Source: Flectonema sp. DT1601
Taxonomy: Eukaryota
DNA: 64,000 nt
Assembly (NCBI GenBank): GCA_964019425.1
Contig: OZ025790.1
Span: 744,001 to 808,000 of the forward strand
Reading direction: 5' to 3'
Shown: one piece after another, positions 14,501 through 29,500 of the stretch
Numbering within the stretch: the stretch's first letter is position 1
Layout: each line of letters starts with the position of its first letter
Notes under the pieces: model-generated
Seen by the model: the letters and a program-made list of their open reading frames with translations, nothing else
What the model was told of the DNA's origin: nothing
Databases searched by the model: none
Translations under genes and position numbers: made by a program

Positions 14501-17500
14501 AGCACGTCGTTGTTGTCCCCACCGTGAAGCTCGTCCGATCCAGCTCCACCGAACACCGTGTCCTCATCGTCTCCTCCGTACACCACGTCCCGGGCTCCGA
14601 GGGCCACCGCGTCGCCCACGGCGCAGCGTCCCTTCGCCGTCGCCACGTCCGCGATCACCCCCACCTCAACCGCTCCGTGGTCTCCAAAGATCGTGTCTCT
14701 CCCCTCCCCTCCGGATATCGCATCTTCGCCGGCCCCTCCGAACAAGAAGTCGTGTCCGCTCTGTCCGCTCAACGTGTCGTCGCCACCTTGCTCTGCGAAC
14801 AGCGACTCCAGCGTGAAGTCCGTCGGCTTCGAGAGAGCACTCGTGTACCGCCCGTGGTCTCCGAACAGGAAGTCCCGGTTCATCGATCCAAGCACCCGAT
14901 CCCCAGAAGCCCCTCCGAACGCCGTGTTGTTCCCGTACCCGACGTCGATCACATCGGCACCCCCGTCCGATGGGTGTCTTGACTCCGCAACGGTCACGTG
15001 ACGGTCTTCCTCAGCTCCCTTCTCCGAGAAGTATCCCAGTCCAAGCATTCCGTGGTCCCCGAAAACCACATCGTCCGAGCGCCCAGTGTCGATCACATCC
15101 GCTCCAGGTCCTCCGAACACTATGTCGGCCGAATCCCCGGTGTTGATCGTATCATCGCTTCCCTGCCCTGGGCATGTTGACTCCATTTTCACCACTCGAC
15201 CCTCGGCGTCGAACTCAATCGAACCCAAGTCACCGAATACGAAGTCCAACCCGCCCTCCGTTGTGATCTCGTCCCCTCCAGGTCCTCCAAATATGATGTA
15301 CCTCGAGCATCCTTTTGTTACGATTACATCCTTCGATCCCGCTGCCTCAGCGGCGCACGCCGACGAAGGCGACTCAGCGGTTTGCGCCGACGTCGGAGGC
15401 GCTGCCTTTCCGTCCAGCTGGCCCGTCGAACCGTGAGCTGAACCGATGCTCATCGTCCCCCCGTACGTCACCGTCCCCTCGTCTCCGAAGATGATGTCCG
15501 CCTTTTGACCTGGGTAGATCGTGTCACTCCCCAATCCTCCCACGATGACTAGCGGAATCACCGTCTCACGGGCATCAATTACGTCGTTGCCCCCCTCACC
15601 GTTCACCACGAAGAATCCGTCTGGGATCTCCCCTCCCAAGTAGATCTCCACTTCGTCGTCTCCGCCTCCCGTGTTCAACGTCGTCACCACCCGTTCTCCC
15701 TCAACCGCCGCCAGGATCGTGCTGCGCACGTACACCTTGTCCTTCTCTTGACCCGTCCACACCGTGATCCCTCCAGTGAACGTCCCCACGTACGGGATCG
15801 GCACAGGTGCCAAATTACGGATCAGGTTCTTCTCCAAGATCACCCGTTCACCATCCACTCCCTTCCCGGACCCAGTGCTGTCGCTCACCATCAACCGGTT
15901 GCATCCCGTCCCCGCATCCAGTGTGATCGTGTTCTGGATGTACTTCAGCCACCCCGGCAGCGTTGATCCCGACCCAGCTTCCGCAATCGTCACCAGGTTA
16001 GCATCTGACCCGAGGGCAATGACGTCGTCCCCTCCGTGGGTCCGGATCGCAGTCGGGATCGACACTCCACGCACGTTGATTGCATCCTTCGCCGTCGTTC
16101 CCATGTCGATCTCGAGCGTGCGCATGTCTCCGTAGTTGATCCCGGCCAACCGCACGCGGGAGTTGATGTCCGCACCCGCCAAGTATTCCACCTCCCCGTT
16201 CACCACCCCGGATACATCCACCGTTATCGCCCCACCAGCAGTCTCCGCTTCACCCTCGTACCTCACAATGTACGTCAGGGAATCCACCGAGTCCACCGCA
16301 AAGCTCCTCGTGCACTTGCTCTTCAACTCGTTCCCGCACCGGTTGGGGTCCGCCCCGAACACCGCATGTTGCATCGCATCCTCAATGGTCTTCGCAGCTG
16401 TCCCCAATGAGAACGCGTCAAGGTGGTACACCATCCCGTCGAACTCGAACGACAGCGCGAACGCACCCGACGTCCCGCGCACCGTCACCGCGTGCACCTT
16501 CTTCGAATCTTCTCCGCGCTTTGCAACCATTCCGAAACCGGACAGGTCCGTTCTCGACAAGAACCCGGCGAATCCGAGATCCGGGTTCCCTCCCCAGTTG
16601 TTAATGTGCAGCGTGTTGTGCTCTCCGCTCCCTCCGCTCAGCGACACCAGGTCTTTGATCTGCACAAGCTTCCCCGCATCGTCTCCGACCACAAAAGTGT
16701 CGTCTCCCTCCTGTCCGTTCACGTACGTCGGCCCAACAGCCCCGTACACCTGAAACGTGTCGTCCCCCTTTCCAGCGTTGATGTAAGTCGCCCCCGTGTG
16801 CGTACCTCCCACCACCACCGTGTCCACAGCAGCTCCGAGGTTCAACACCACCACCTCCAAGTCCGAGTACTGGATTCCACCCAGAAGCGCCTTCCCTTCA
16901 CGCACTCGGTCGGTTCCCATTCCCATTCCGGTGACGCGTCCTGGCAACAACGTCACCGTCGTTGGAAGGAATCCCCCCGTGTTCTCCACCGTCAGCGTGT
17001 CGATCTGCATTGACTCGATCACATCCAGGTTGGGGTTGTCCAGGCGATCCGCGAATACCCCGGAGTCCGTCTCCCCCGGCAACATCACCGGTGGCAGGAA
17101 GTCGATCGCAGTGGGGTTGTTGTCTCCGCTGACCGTCAGAGATCCCTGGATTTGGTACGCCAGAGACGGTTGCGCCCCGAACTCCTTCACCGTGTGGTCA
17201 TCCACCGCGTTGTCCACCACCGCCGTCACCGTCACCGTTTGCGCAATGTAGTAATTCGAACTGTCGAACGTCAGCGTCGCCGGACTCACGCTCACCTGCT
17301 CACGCTCCGGCAGGAACTTCGCCTCGATCGCCTTCGTCTTCTTCACAGTCGGCGACACCGTCACCGATCCCTGGGGTTCCTTGGTCAGGTACACTTCGTA
17401 CGTGTCAGTCAGGCCACCCTCGATGACGTCCGTGCTCCCATGCGACTCCAGCAGCACCATCCCCGGCGCCTCGTTGTCCAGGATCTGGATTCCGACATAA

Positions 17501-20500
17501 GGAACCGCTGCTGCCGCGAAATCCGCGTTCGCCGTCTCCACTTCATGTTGCACAGTCGTGTAGTGGAATCCTTCCACCGCCTCGTCGTCCACCGCAGTCA
17601 CCGTGATCACCTCCTCACACCCGTTCGACGTCGTGAAGTCGAACGCTTCACGGGATACCTGCACCTGTGCCGAGTCGTACACAAGCTTCATCCTCACAGC
17701 CGTCGACACGCACGGACGCATCAGCATCGTGTACGAAGCCGTCTTCCCCACCGTTCCCAATCCCGTCTCCGACACCCGCATTCCACCATCCATCCCCTCA
17801 ATCAGGTAGAACTCGAATTCTTCGCTGTCCAGGATGCTGAACTGAACCATCGGCACAATCAAGTTGTCGTACTCGCTTCCCCCGTTAAACTGCGCCACCG
17901 TGTGCGCGATTGCGATCGCTTCCTTCCCTTCCTTCACGTTGTCATCTTCCACGCTCACCGTCACCGTTTTCACATCCTTCCAACGGTTCCCATTCTTCTC
18001 GAACGTCAGAGACTGCGGCGTCACGAACACGTTCTTCGATCCCACCAGCTGCGACGGCGGGGTCGGTGCCACCACCGTGATCGTCACGTCCGCCGAAGGC
18101 GGATGCACCATCCGGATGGTGTACGTTCCTTGCGTTCCCTTCCCCTCGATCATCACTTGCATCCCGTCCGTGTTGAAAACCATGCTCGGCGTGTCTTCGT
18201 CCGCCACGTTCGCCGAAACCCCGTGGGCCTCCATCCCGTTGTACGATGCATCCGTCGCACTCGTCACCATGTTGTTCACCACCCCGCTGTGTCCCCTCAG
18301 GTCGTTGCTAACTACATACGACGATTCGTGCGGCGTGATGATCACGTCGTCGCTCCCAAGACCGGTGTACACGCTCGTCGATACTTGCTCATCCGTGCTC
18401 ATCACGTAAACCGTGTCGTCTCCCGCCAACGTCGCCACTTCCACGCTCTCGATTCCGACGAACGTCACGAACAACCCAGCCCCGTAGATTCCGTTCCGCG
18501 TCACCACGAACGTGTCCGGATACTCGGTACCGATCACCACCAGCGTGTCGAATCCCGGACCTCCGTCGATCGCAACCGGCGCGTTCACCGCGTACATCAC
18601 CACATCTTGACCTTCACCCGTGTCTACCGTGGTCTCCTTGATTTCGGGGTCAGGCTTCTCCGGCGTCAAAGAATCCCACAACGCGAACGCACGGATCGTG
18701 AACCTGTCGTCGTCGGCTCCACCACGCAACGCCAGCGTCGCAATGTTTCTCATCACGATGAACGTGTCATCTCCGGACTCTCCGTTCGCGTTGATGTGAA
18801 AGTGGTTCCCCGACGACAGGTATCCTTCCGTCGTCTTCGCCGTCGTGAACACGTCCGACACACCGGGAATGTGCACCGAGTCACGCTCCGCGTTGTACAG
18901 CTGTCCGAACAAGAACTGATCGTTCCCCTCTCCACCGTTCAGCGTCATGATTCCCGCGTTGTCGTCACACGCATACGTATCGTCTCCCTTCAAACCGTTG
19001 ATGGTAATCCCCGCGTTGATCCCACGGTCCATGTCCACACGCTCCGCTGCTGCTCCCCCGCCGTGGATGTTGGCGATGAAGTTTGCTCGGATCAGGAAGT
19101 TGTCGTCTCCCGGCGTCCCGTTCATCTCCAGCGTGTTCAGCTCCGACGGGTCATGCACCAAGTACCCGCTGTCCGTGATGCTCACGAACGACGCTCCAGT
19201 TCCGGCGAACCCGACGCTGATCGTGTCGTTTCCACGCTCACCATCGATGTACAGCGGCGCCAGCAGCGGATTGATCGCCGACCCCTCCGGATTCGTCGCC
19301 GGAGGCACCGTGATCACGTCTGCTCCGTTCCCTCCGTTCACGTAAGTCGTCCCACTCGTCCCCTCCACCGTCAAGTGGTCTACCCCGTTTCCTCCCTGCA
19401 CCGTCACCAACCCGCGGTGTGTCCCTGCCACCGTGAAAACGTTCTTCGAACCCTCCGGGATCGTCACCGGCAGCTTCACAATCAGCTCCCCCAGCGCCGC
19501 GAACTCGATCCCGGGACCAGACATCCCGAGTCCACTCACCACTTGAGACGTCATCCGTCCACTGTTCCCCGAGGTATCCGCCGAGTCATCGATCGTCAGC
19601 TTCGCAACCCTGGTCTGACTGTCTCCTTCGACCATCACCAGCGAACGGATCTTCTCGACCGTTCCGTCTCCGATCGTCACGTGGTCACCACCTCCAGCCG
19701 TCACCACTTCCACGTCCGTCGTCGCCAGCGTCTCGATCACCCTGAACGTGTCTCCGTTCTTTCCCAGCTGCACAACAACCAGCTCGAACCCAGAGTACGA
19801 CACCGGGATCAGCATCCCCAGTCCGTTCACCGTCGTCGGTCCCAGGCTTCCACCGACGCTTCCCGAGCTCGACGGCACCGTTATCCGCAGCGTGTCTCGG
19901 TCGTTTCCTCCCTTCACCACCAGCGTACCCTTCACCTCCCCCGGGTTTGTTACTTCGAACTCGTTGTTTCCGTCAGCCCCCTCGATCGTCAGCGTCGTCC
20001 CGCTCGCCACCCCAGTCACAGTCACCTTCCCCGCATCCGCAGGCAACAGCACATTCACATTCCGCGCGTTGAAATTCAGCACCAGCTCCCCCATCGCAAA
20101 CCCACTCAACCCGCTCGACCCAATTGTTCCATCCGCGAGCACTCCTTGGTGGGACGTGTAGTCGATCACGATCGTGTCTGCTCCTTGACCGCATACCAAG
20201 TTTCCACCAGACATCGGGTTCTGCAGGTAGATGTGATCCGTTTGCAGTCCGCAGTTCCCGCTGTATGAAGAAACCTGTTCGAACTCCGTCGTCAGCTGAT
20301 CTTCCCGGGCTTCTCCCTTCACAAACACCACCTCCACCGTCTCCAGCCCCGGTTCTCCGTTGATGTGTCGGATCTGGAACGTCTCACCGTTGTCAGACGT
20401 GTCTCCACTCACTCGCTTTCCCGCATCTGGTCCCATGTGCAGCGCCAAGTTTCCGCTGTCGATGTGCGCCAGGATCGGCTGCGGTGGAGGCGACGTGTCG

Positions 20501-23500
20501 ATGTCGATCAGGCACGCCGAAATCGATAGCTCCGGGTTCGTCTTCTCCCACCTTCCCCGAGGGTAGCAGTACACCCATCCACACTTCCAGTTCACGAACG
20601 GATTGAAGATCTCCGCGTAGATGCTCGCCCCGGCGCAGAACTTTGCCTTGAGATTGAACAGCTTGAAGAAGTTTTCCTTGATGATCGCCCAAATCTCCCC
20701 CAAACGAATCTTTCCGTCACCGTTCGGGTCGTACAAGTCGATCGAAGCTTCGAAGCTCACGAAACCCGACGCACGCACGCGCACCAGACCCAGGTTGATA
20801 CTCGCACTCACCCGGATCCCTCCCGATGCCGCCAGCTCCAACGTGTCTTCTCCCGGCGTCTCCGTGTCCGAGATGAAGAATCCGTTCAGCGCCAGCAGCG
20901 GCTTCTTCCGCTCGATAGCCTCCCGGATCCCGGACGTGTCGTACCCGGCCTGCAGCCTTGCGCTCACCTTGAATTCTCCGTAGAAGTTGATCGCCAGCAC
21001 GAAGAAGTCGATCCCGAAGTCCACGATCACTTCGATCTCCATCTTCGGCGAGTTCAACGTAATGAGATCCACGTCCTCTCCCGTGATCAGCCCCAACGCC
21101 CCGCTCGGTGACAAGAACGGGTACTGCCACATCGCCTCCGAGTCCGTCAGCCTCTTCAGCAGCTTCTGCATTCCACCCCCGCCCGTGTCCTTTCCGATGT
21201 CCCCGGTGCTCTTGGTCTGCGTCGACGGCTTGGTCTTCGAGCTCGGCGATGTCGCCAACACGTCCCATTCGCGTCCCGTTCCCTCGAATGTTCCCGGGTT
21301 CGGTCCGGTGAACACGAACGGCACAATGTACGGTCCGATCTTTTCCAACTCGAAGTCTCCGAAGTTCAACTTGAACGAATCGATTGGAGGGTTTCGGTTC
21401 AGCTGCTCCTCCACCTGTTTCACGAGGTCCACGATTAACTGAATCAGTTCAACAATCTCCGTGATCACTCCGAGGTAAGCTGCAATGTTCTTAACTGATC
21501 CACGAACCGGACCACCAGACCCAAGCAGTCCGTTGATCAGCAGTTCCGGCAATTCCAAGATGGTGACCGACCGTCCCGCGATGTCCGAGATCACCGGCAG
21601 CCTCACCTGCAGGGCGTCCAACACCGGCTGGATTGGCTCCACCAGTTCTGCCAACTTTCCGAAGATTGGCTGCAGCAGCGTCGTGATGATCTTTCCCATG
21701 TCCAGCGACACGTCGAACAGAAGCACCCGGGGCAGCGGAATTGCGCGGGGCTTCTTCAGCGACTTCGACTGGTACTTCTTCGGCAAGTCCTTCTTCCCCG
21801 ATTGAGCTGGAAGGGCTGCCGATGACTTCTTCCCCTTCGTGAAAGCTCCAGAGATCGTCCATTCGATGTACGCCCCGCAAGACAAACTCGGCAATCCGGG
21901 GATCACGGATTCCAGGATTCCGAACCGGAGGTCCATTTCCGCCAACGCCGTGAATTCGTACTCCAAACTCAAAAGCGACAGTCCACCCTTTTTCAGCTCC
22001 TTCAGCGTTAGGTAATTGTCCGTGTTCACGTCCAACACGTCCAAGTAGATTGCTCCAATCAATCCCGTCGCACCCTCGCCATCCGGGTAGTCTCTTCCGT
22101 TCATCTCGATGTTCATGATGAACAAGTCTCCCGCTGCTCTCAGGTTCGGGAACGTCAGCGCAGCGAACACCGTCAGCTCTTTTCCGTCTACGTTCAGGTA
22201 GAATCCCTTCTTCACACTCATACCGAACTTCAAGTTGAACCTCCACCCGATTACGAATTTCAGGTCCGACGACAGTTCGAACCCGAGCGGGAACTCGTCC
22301 AATCCGAACCCGATGTCGAACCCAGCTCCCACTTCCCAACTCATACCGATGTTCAAGTTCCACTCGATCGCGTCTGCTTCCGACAGGTCTGCTCCGTCAA
22401 CCAACGCGTAGTTCTCGTCCAGCACCTCGGGCATCACGTTCCCGTCCTTGTGACGCACAGTCACCTCGATCGCTTTCCAATCCGACGCTGGGTCGTAAGG
22501 GTCTGCCGCTTCCAGCAGGATCCCCAGCTCATCGTGGAACAGCAGTCCCATCAACTTCGCAAGCACCTGAGCCACGTTCAGTTTCTGCCCCGGTTCGTCC
22601 TTCGCCAATGCGTCCAGCCCGTTCGTCATCGTGTTCACCAGCCCCGTTCGGAAAGACGAGATGAAGCTCGTGTCCAGCGCGTCCCGAACTTTCTCCCCGA
22701 GCATCGGAAGCAGCAGCTTCTTCAGGATACCCGCCCCACCGGTGATGATCTTGTCCAGCAGGGCCAACACCGAATCGATTCCATTGATGATCGTCTGGCT
22801 GTCGGTCAGCATTACCTCAACCGGGCTGATGCTGAACTTACCCGACAGCAGCTTCAGCACGTCCAGTCCCGTCACCGTCACCGAACCTGGAGTGCGGCTC
22901 AAGAACGCATCCAGCGACTCAATCTTGAACCCGATCTCCCCGAAACCGTCGATTGGCAGCGAAGCTTGCACCCCTCCCGTCAATCCCTGCGTCGCTTTGA
23001 AGTCCGCCAAGATTGCCGAGAACGCTCCGCTCTCCAGTGCGTGATTCTGGCTCAAACCGAACCGGTACTGCACCGGCACGTCCGCGATTCCAACCTCCGC
23101 CTTCGCACCTGAGATCGAGATGTCGAACGGACCGAGAGACGCCGCGAAGCTGAATTCTCCCTTCGCCAACAGCTGCAACGTCAACCCCGTCTCCTTGTTG
23201 AGCGACAGCTTCGGCGTCTTTTCCAGCGTCACCTCCAGAGCCAGCACCAGCTCCGCCGAGGCCGAGAACGAGAACACCGACTCCAAACTAGCCGATGCGT
23301 CCACAAGCGACGTCAACGAATCCAAACCCACCTCGTCCAGGGCGTCGCTGTTCTGGATCAGCTCCGCCAGCGACACGTCGAACCTCAGCTCCTTCGAATA
23401 CCCAAGCGCCTTCGTCAGGGATACCTGGATCGAGCTCGGTGCCCCTCCCATCCCCTCCACGTATGTGAAAGTCAGCAGCGACGGGTCCAGTCCCAGCTTG

Positions 23501-26500
23501 TCTTCGATCAGCTCTTCCAACCGCTTGATGCTCCCTCCGAGGTCGCTTGCGATCGACTCGATCTCCCGCAGCACGACCTGCACCGGGTCCAAGATCTCGT
23601 TCGGTGTGAACGACAAGAACGGAATCTCCATGTCCAAAATCGCCAAGTCTCCAATCAGACCCGAATCCCCGAACTTTCCCGCAACAATCGTCGGCACCCC
23701 GTCCACCAGGGTTTCCGGAGGCCCGAACACCAGCTCCACCGCGTCCGCAATCAACCCGATGATCTGTCCCAAGTCCATGTTCTTGATGTCCGACAGGTTC
23801 GGGAACGACGGCACGTCCACGGTCACCAAGAAGTCCGAACCTGTTGGCAGAGACGACGTGAAGCCTTTCTGCAGCGGCAGCACGAACTCAGGGAGCTCCA
23901 CCTTGATCCCACCCGCCGTCAGGCTCAGTACCCCCGGAACTTCGATCGACACCGTTCCCTCGGGAAGCGTGAAAGCTCCCGAGAGCTTCGCCGTCGCCGT
24001 CACCAGAGAGAACCGCGTGTCCGCGTCACCGAGCGCCTCACGAAGCGCAGCCAACGTCGTCTTCTCCGTCAGGCTCCCCAGCACCACGTCCAACTCGGCC
24101 CGCACGAACCCGCTCCCGCCGTCCGCCACCGCCGCCAACACCGCAACGTTTGCCAGGAATCCGAAGTCGGTCGCGTCCAGCTGCAAAGCCCCCACGAAAT
24201 GCAACCCCCTCACCAGCGGCGCAAACGTCTTGGCCCGCGAGCTCTCGCTCTTCATTCCTCCCACGTTCTTGAACTCCTCCGTCACCTCAGTCTCAAACTT
24301 CCTCACTCCCGTCGTCGTCACCGTGTACGACTTCTGTTCCGTGTACTGGATCACCGTAATCTTCTTTCCTCCACTCAGTTGCGCGTCCACCGTCGCCACC
24401 TGCTTCGTCAGCTCCTCCACGAGCTTCTTCCCCGAATCCAGAGTCACCGAGTACCGCACCTTGTCCAACACGAAAACGCAACCCATCCCGCTCGTCGTCG
24501 TTGCCTCCAGCCCCCCCGCAGGCGCCCCGATGATCGACAGGTCACCCGCCGACATCCCGAGACGCGCCCCGAAGTCGAACGACAAGTCGAAAGTCGTGCT
24601 CAGAGCCAGGTTCGCCGACGCCTCCACGTCCAACAACGGATCCACTTCCGCCCCAAACCGCAGGTTCACCGTCGGGGTCGGCAGCGACAGTTGCGGAAGT
24701 GCCACGTTGAACATGACATCCCACTGCTGCGTCACCGCATCCTGCTCCAGGGTTACCTTCACCACCGTAGGTGCAAGCGCTTCCGACAAGATCGCGCTCA
24801 GAGCGTCAGCCGTGCTGAACGACGGTTCGCGTGCCACGTTCACGACCGTCCCGTCCTCAATCCCGAGCACCTTCACAGGCTTTCCGAGCATCTCCTCGTA
24901 CTTCGTGTTCCCCGTCTTCAGAAGGGTCACTCGGAACCCGAGAACCGAAGCCTCAATCTCCTCGGTCGTGCACACCCGAATCCCCTCCGTCCCGTCATCC
25001 CTTGCCGCCACGGTGATCGATGATCCCAATCCAGCAGCGTTTACCGCCTCCGCCACCCTCGCTGCCACTCCAGCGGTCGTCGTCTCCGCCTGGATCGCCG
25101 CGTAGTCCAGCTCAATCAGCGTCACGTACTGCTGGTTGATTTCGATCTCGAACGTCCGGAACGTAAGCGCCTCTTGGAACGCTGCGTTGTCCGCTCCCGC
25201 CCAGCCTGGCAGCATCTCACTCTCGTAGCACAGCGACAGCGTCTGGCGATCCTTCGGTGCCTGCGCCGCCGTCATAACCGAAACCAGCTTCTCCGTGATC
25301 GAATCTGCGAAGTCGATCGCATTTCCGAGCGACAAGTCTATCAGAGGCAGCGTCACGTTGAAAACTGGCGAACTCGCGTATTCTTGCAATCCATTGATCA
25401 CCGTGTTCACGATCTGCACCACGTCAAGCGGCGACAAACCCCGAAAGTTCAGCAGCTGGTCCATGTTGTGGTGCGCAATCGTCAGTCCCCCCGGGGTGAA
25501 GATGTCCGGCAAATCCACCGTTACCCGCGGTCTTAGGTCCTCTCCCCCCATTCCCACATTGTTGCTCCCGCTCAGATCCGTCTCCCCGATCGTCGCCTTG
25601 AACGGAATCTCAGCCTTCACGTGACCACTCTTCGTGATTACCATCGCATCTCCGCTGATCTGCGTGATGGCAACGTGGTTTCCCCCGGAAAGCGCTCCCT
25701 CGAACCGCATCGCGATGCTACCCGACCCCCCGTCAATCGCAGCGCCGAGCACCCCCACCGTCACAGTCGCCTCCAGCCCACTGTTCAACGACAGGTCCAG
25801 CACAAAGTCATCGAACGCGATCGACACGTCGTTTGCCGACACCGACGACAGCCCACCCGACAGGTCGATGCGCAGCTCGAATCGGAACCCAAGCGTCGCC
25901 TTCGCCGCAAACGTGTTCACCCCGCTGAACTCGAAAAGCTCTTCGTCGATCAGGTCCTGCAGCTTCGGCGTGATCTCCATGTCAAGCAGCCCGTTTACGA
26001 GAAACGAAAGCTCGAACACGTCCCCGTTCCGCCCTCCCGAAACCAATGCGAACGGCACGTTGTTCTGCGGTTTGAAGATCAGCTCGACCATCGCCAAAAG
26101 CTTCTCCTGGTACATCGTGATCACCTCACGCGCCCCGGGGCACACCGGTGACCCCTCGCTCGCCTTGCACGTTGCCGAGTATTTCTCGTCCACCAACTTC
26201 GTCAGCTCCGCATCCCAGATCAAGAAATCTCCGAACGTCGTCGAGTTCTCCCCCGTCGCCAACATCCCGTTCAGCGAACGGTCCAGCAACGGAATGTTCG
26301 TGTTCAACGCTTCCAACGAGTTCAGTTTCTCCCCGACACTTGCCACCGCCCCGAGACCCGATTTCAGCGCGTCCACGATCTGCGGAGTCAGGGCCACGTC
26401 TACCTGGAATTTAGGTCCCGTTGCATCGAACAAGTTGCGATCCACAATGTCCAGCGTCACCAGAACAGATTCCACTCGGATCGGCAACGATGCCTCCAAA

Positions 26501-29500
26501 CTTCCCTGCAGGACTAGCGAATCTTTCAGAGGCTGCACGTCGAACGACACCGCTGGCGACGCCGTCTGATCGAACAAAGTTACAGGTCCCGCCGCCGTGG
26601 CCGTCGAGTTTACTCCGAACCCGAGAAGCAGGTTTCCGCTTTCCAACGTAAGGTCGATCGCCCCGAACGAAAGAGTCTCCACGTAGTCCGTCAGGTTCGC
26701 CCTCACCGCGAAGAAGAAATCCGTCACACGTGTGTAAGCCAGGGGCGCTGACTTTGTTTCGATCAGCGGCTTCAGGTTCAGCCCCGCCGTCACCCCGACC
26801 CGAAACTCCGCTCCGAACGAGAGAGCCGTCGATAGGTCTCCAAGCGCTCCCAACGTCTCCATCGCCACGCTGTCGAACGCTGGATTATCCGCAACTCCGT
26901 CCAGCAGCTTAGTCAGTGCATCCGCAAGCGCCGTCACCAGCTCCGCAGTGGTCGCTTCCGCCCCGAAATCCAGCAGCAGGTCTACCACCACACACATGTC
27001 CCCCTCGGTGTTCGTCTCGAGACCTCCGTTCACCGACAGCGGCCCAACCGACACCCCGACAGTCAGTCCGCTCCCGAACACGCGCTTCTTCAGATAGTTC
27101 ACGAACCCACCGATGCTCGGGTTACGTCCAAACAGGTTCGCCAAGTCATCAACGGTGATCGAAACTGCCGAAGATCCGAACAGTGCGCTTCCCACCTGCG
27201 GAAGGTAGTTTTTCCAGTCGAAGATTTCCCCGGTGCTCGGGTCAAGGTGAAACCCCTCCACCGTCAACACGCTGAACTTGCTCTCACCGATCAGCACCAA
27301 CATCGCACTCTGGAAGTCGGTACTCGTCCCAAGGGCCTCCCCGACGCTCAGCAGATCCCCGAGGCTTCCCAGAGTGAACGACCCCGCGCTCACAGAAGGT
27401 GCCAACGCAACACGAAGCTCCGTCAGGTAATCCACTGGGTTGAATCTCACACTTCCCACCGTCACCGGGAACCCTGAAGCGTCCACCGATCCAAACAGAT
27501 TCCTCACCGCGTCCGGAAGTTCCCTCAGCAGCGCCTGCGCCATGCGCTTCGTCATACCGAAGTCCGGGTGCAGCGACAACAGCTGTCCAACCTCTCCGAC
27601 GCTCAGCGCACCCGTCGAAACAGATCCCGTCGACAACCCAGTGAAGTACGCTCTGAAATACGTTGGGAAGCTGAACAGACTAAAATACTCGTCCGCAGAG
27701 GGGTCATGGAGCCCCGAGTTGAATCGTCCGAACACCGCTCCCCACTTCCCCTGAAACACCACCAGAATCTTCGCGTTCGTCGCGTCCAATTTCGCCCCCA
27801 CGTCCAGAGACGACAGCGCCCCGGCAACCTCCAGAGACAGACCTCCAGCCAACCCATTCGCCAGCTGACGGAACTTGATTAGCAATTCCAGGTAGTCCCC
27901 CAAGTTCTTCGCGATGTCGAATTTCCCCTTGAAAGACGACAGAAGCCCCTCGATCTGTGACAACCCCGGGATCGATGACAACCCCGACACGTCGAGACCC
28001 CCAATCCCCTCAATCAGGCTCGTCAGCTTCTCCGGCAGCTCCGAGAACGTGTTCGTCGACAATCCCGTGTGTCCGACCCCTTCCCCGACACCGTTCGGAA
28101 GGCTCGGAATGAAAGCCGACAAGTCCATATCCAGAGAGAATTTCGGAAATCCCCCCGCGAACAGATTCTCGTTGTGGTACTCGATGATGGGGATCAGGTT
28201 CGCGTCCCCGCTGAACAGTCCCACGTCCAGCTCGATTGGCAGGATCACATCCACCGATGCGTAAGGAGTAATCGACAGTTGCGACAGAAACTCTTTCATC
28301 CCATTAACACCTCCGGACCGCAGCTTGAACAGCGAAGCCTCCAAGTACGGAGTCAGCTCACCTTCCGCTACCGCAGCTCCAAAGTTCGACTTGAACCCAG
28401 CACCCAGAGCGAAAGACCTCGCTGATCGCAACCGTGAACACGTCTCCCCCGAAAGACAAGCTGAAGTCCACCGGGTCCACCACGATCGCTGCCCCTGCGG
28501 ACAAATCGTTCACCCGAATCACGGAATTCACCGCGATCTTCTCTCCCGACAGCGCCCCGTCGTTCACGAACTTCGTGTTCACCGCGAGCGTCACGTCAAC
28601 GACCACCTGCGCTTCGAACTTCACCTCTGCCGACAGGCTCGGTGCCGCTACATCCCCCTGCGACTGTCCCAGCAGGTCGAACAGCGGACCCAGGTCCTTG
28701 ATGTGCGAAAGCATCCCGTCGATGGTCGCCCCAAAAGATCCCACAGACTCACTAGCTGAAGCCTCCAACCGCATGTTCAGCCGCACCTCGTTCGACTCCG
28801 GGAACCAACCCCCGCTCAGCGTCAACCCGCCCCCTGCGGCATAGTCCAGCGACGCCCCGTTTGTCGGCGTCATCAACCGATCCTTGATGTGGGCCATCAG
28901 CCCGCGGAACGTGTGCGACCCCGACAGCCCGAAGTACGCCTCCGCCACGGTCTCCAACTTCAGCAGCTCTCCCACTCCGTTGAACAGCGTAGACGAGTCC
29001 AATCCCTCGATGTTCAGCCCGCCGTCCCACCCGAATTTACCAAAATCAATGTTTGCAAGCTGCCCCAGCTGTCCCAAGATCGTCTCTTTCAGTGGATCGA
29101 TGTCCGCATCTACCGAGAAAACCAGCGCCACTCCATCGAAGATGTTCTCATCCGACAAACTCAGAACAGGCGACGGCAGCTGCCCGACGATCGGCGTCGT
29201 TACCCCAACCGTGAACACTCCCTCGAAACCTCCGCTCGGACTTCCCACAGAAATCTCCTGCACCCGCGTCAAGAAGTTTGTCACGTCGTCCGACGGAAAG
29301 TAAATCGGAACTTCCGCATTCGAGATCGTCGCCGTCCCAGCAAGGCTCACCATCCCACTCACTCCGGTCCAAGCCACCTCCTCTCCAGCATCTACCGACC
29401 CACTCAGAGAGATCGTTACCTTCGAAGCACCAATCGAGATCGTCGCCTTCTCCGACGGAGACGTCACCGAGTTCGGAATCTTCAGCGTCACCGTCGACGA

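Noticed and set aside
8000..15700. CRISPR-like or DNA tandem repeat (recurring tctccgaacac / gtcgtctcc)
   Set aside because: These are degenerate coding repeats of VFGD/GDD peptides with no fixed repeat-spacer structure.
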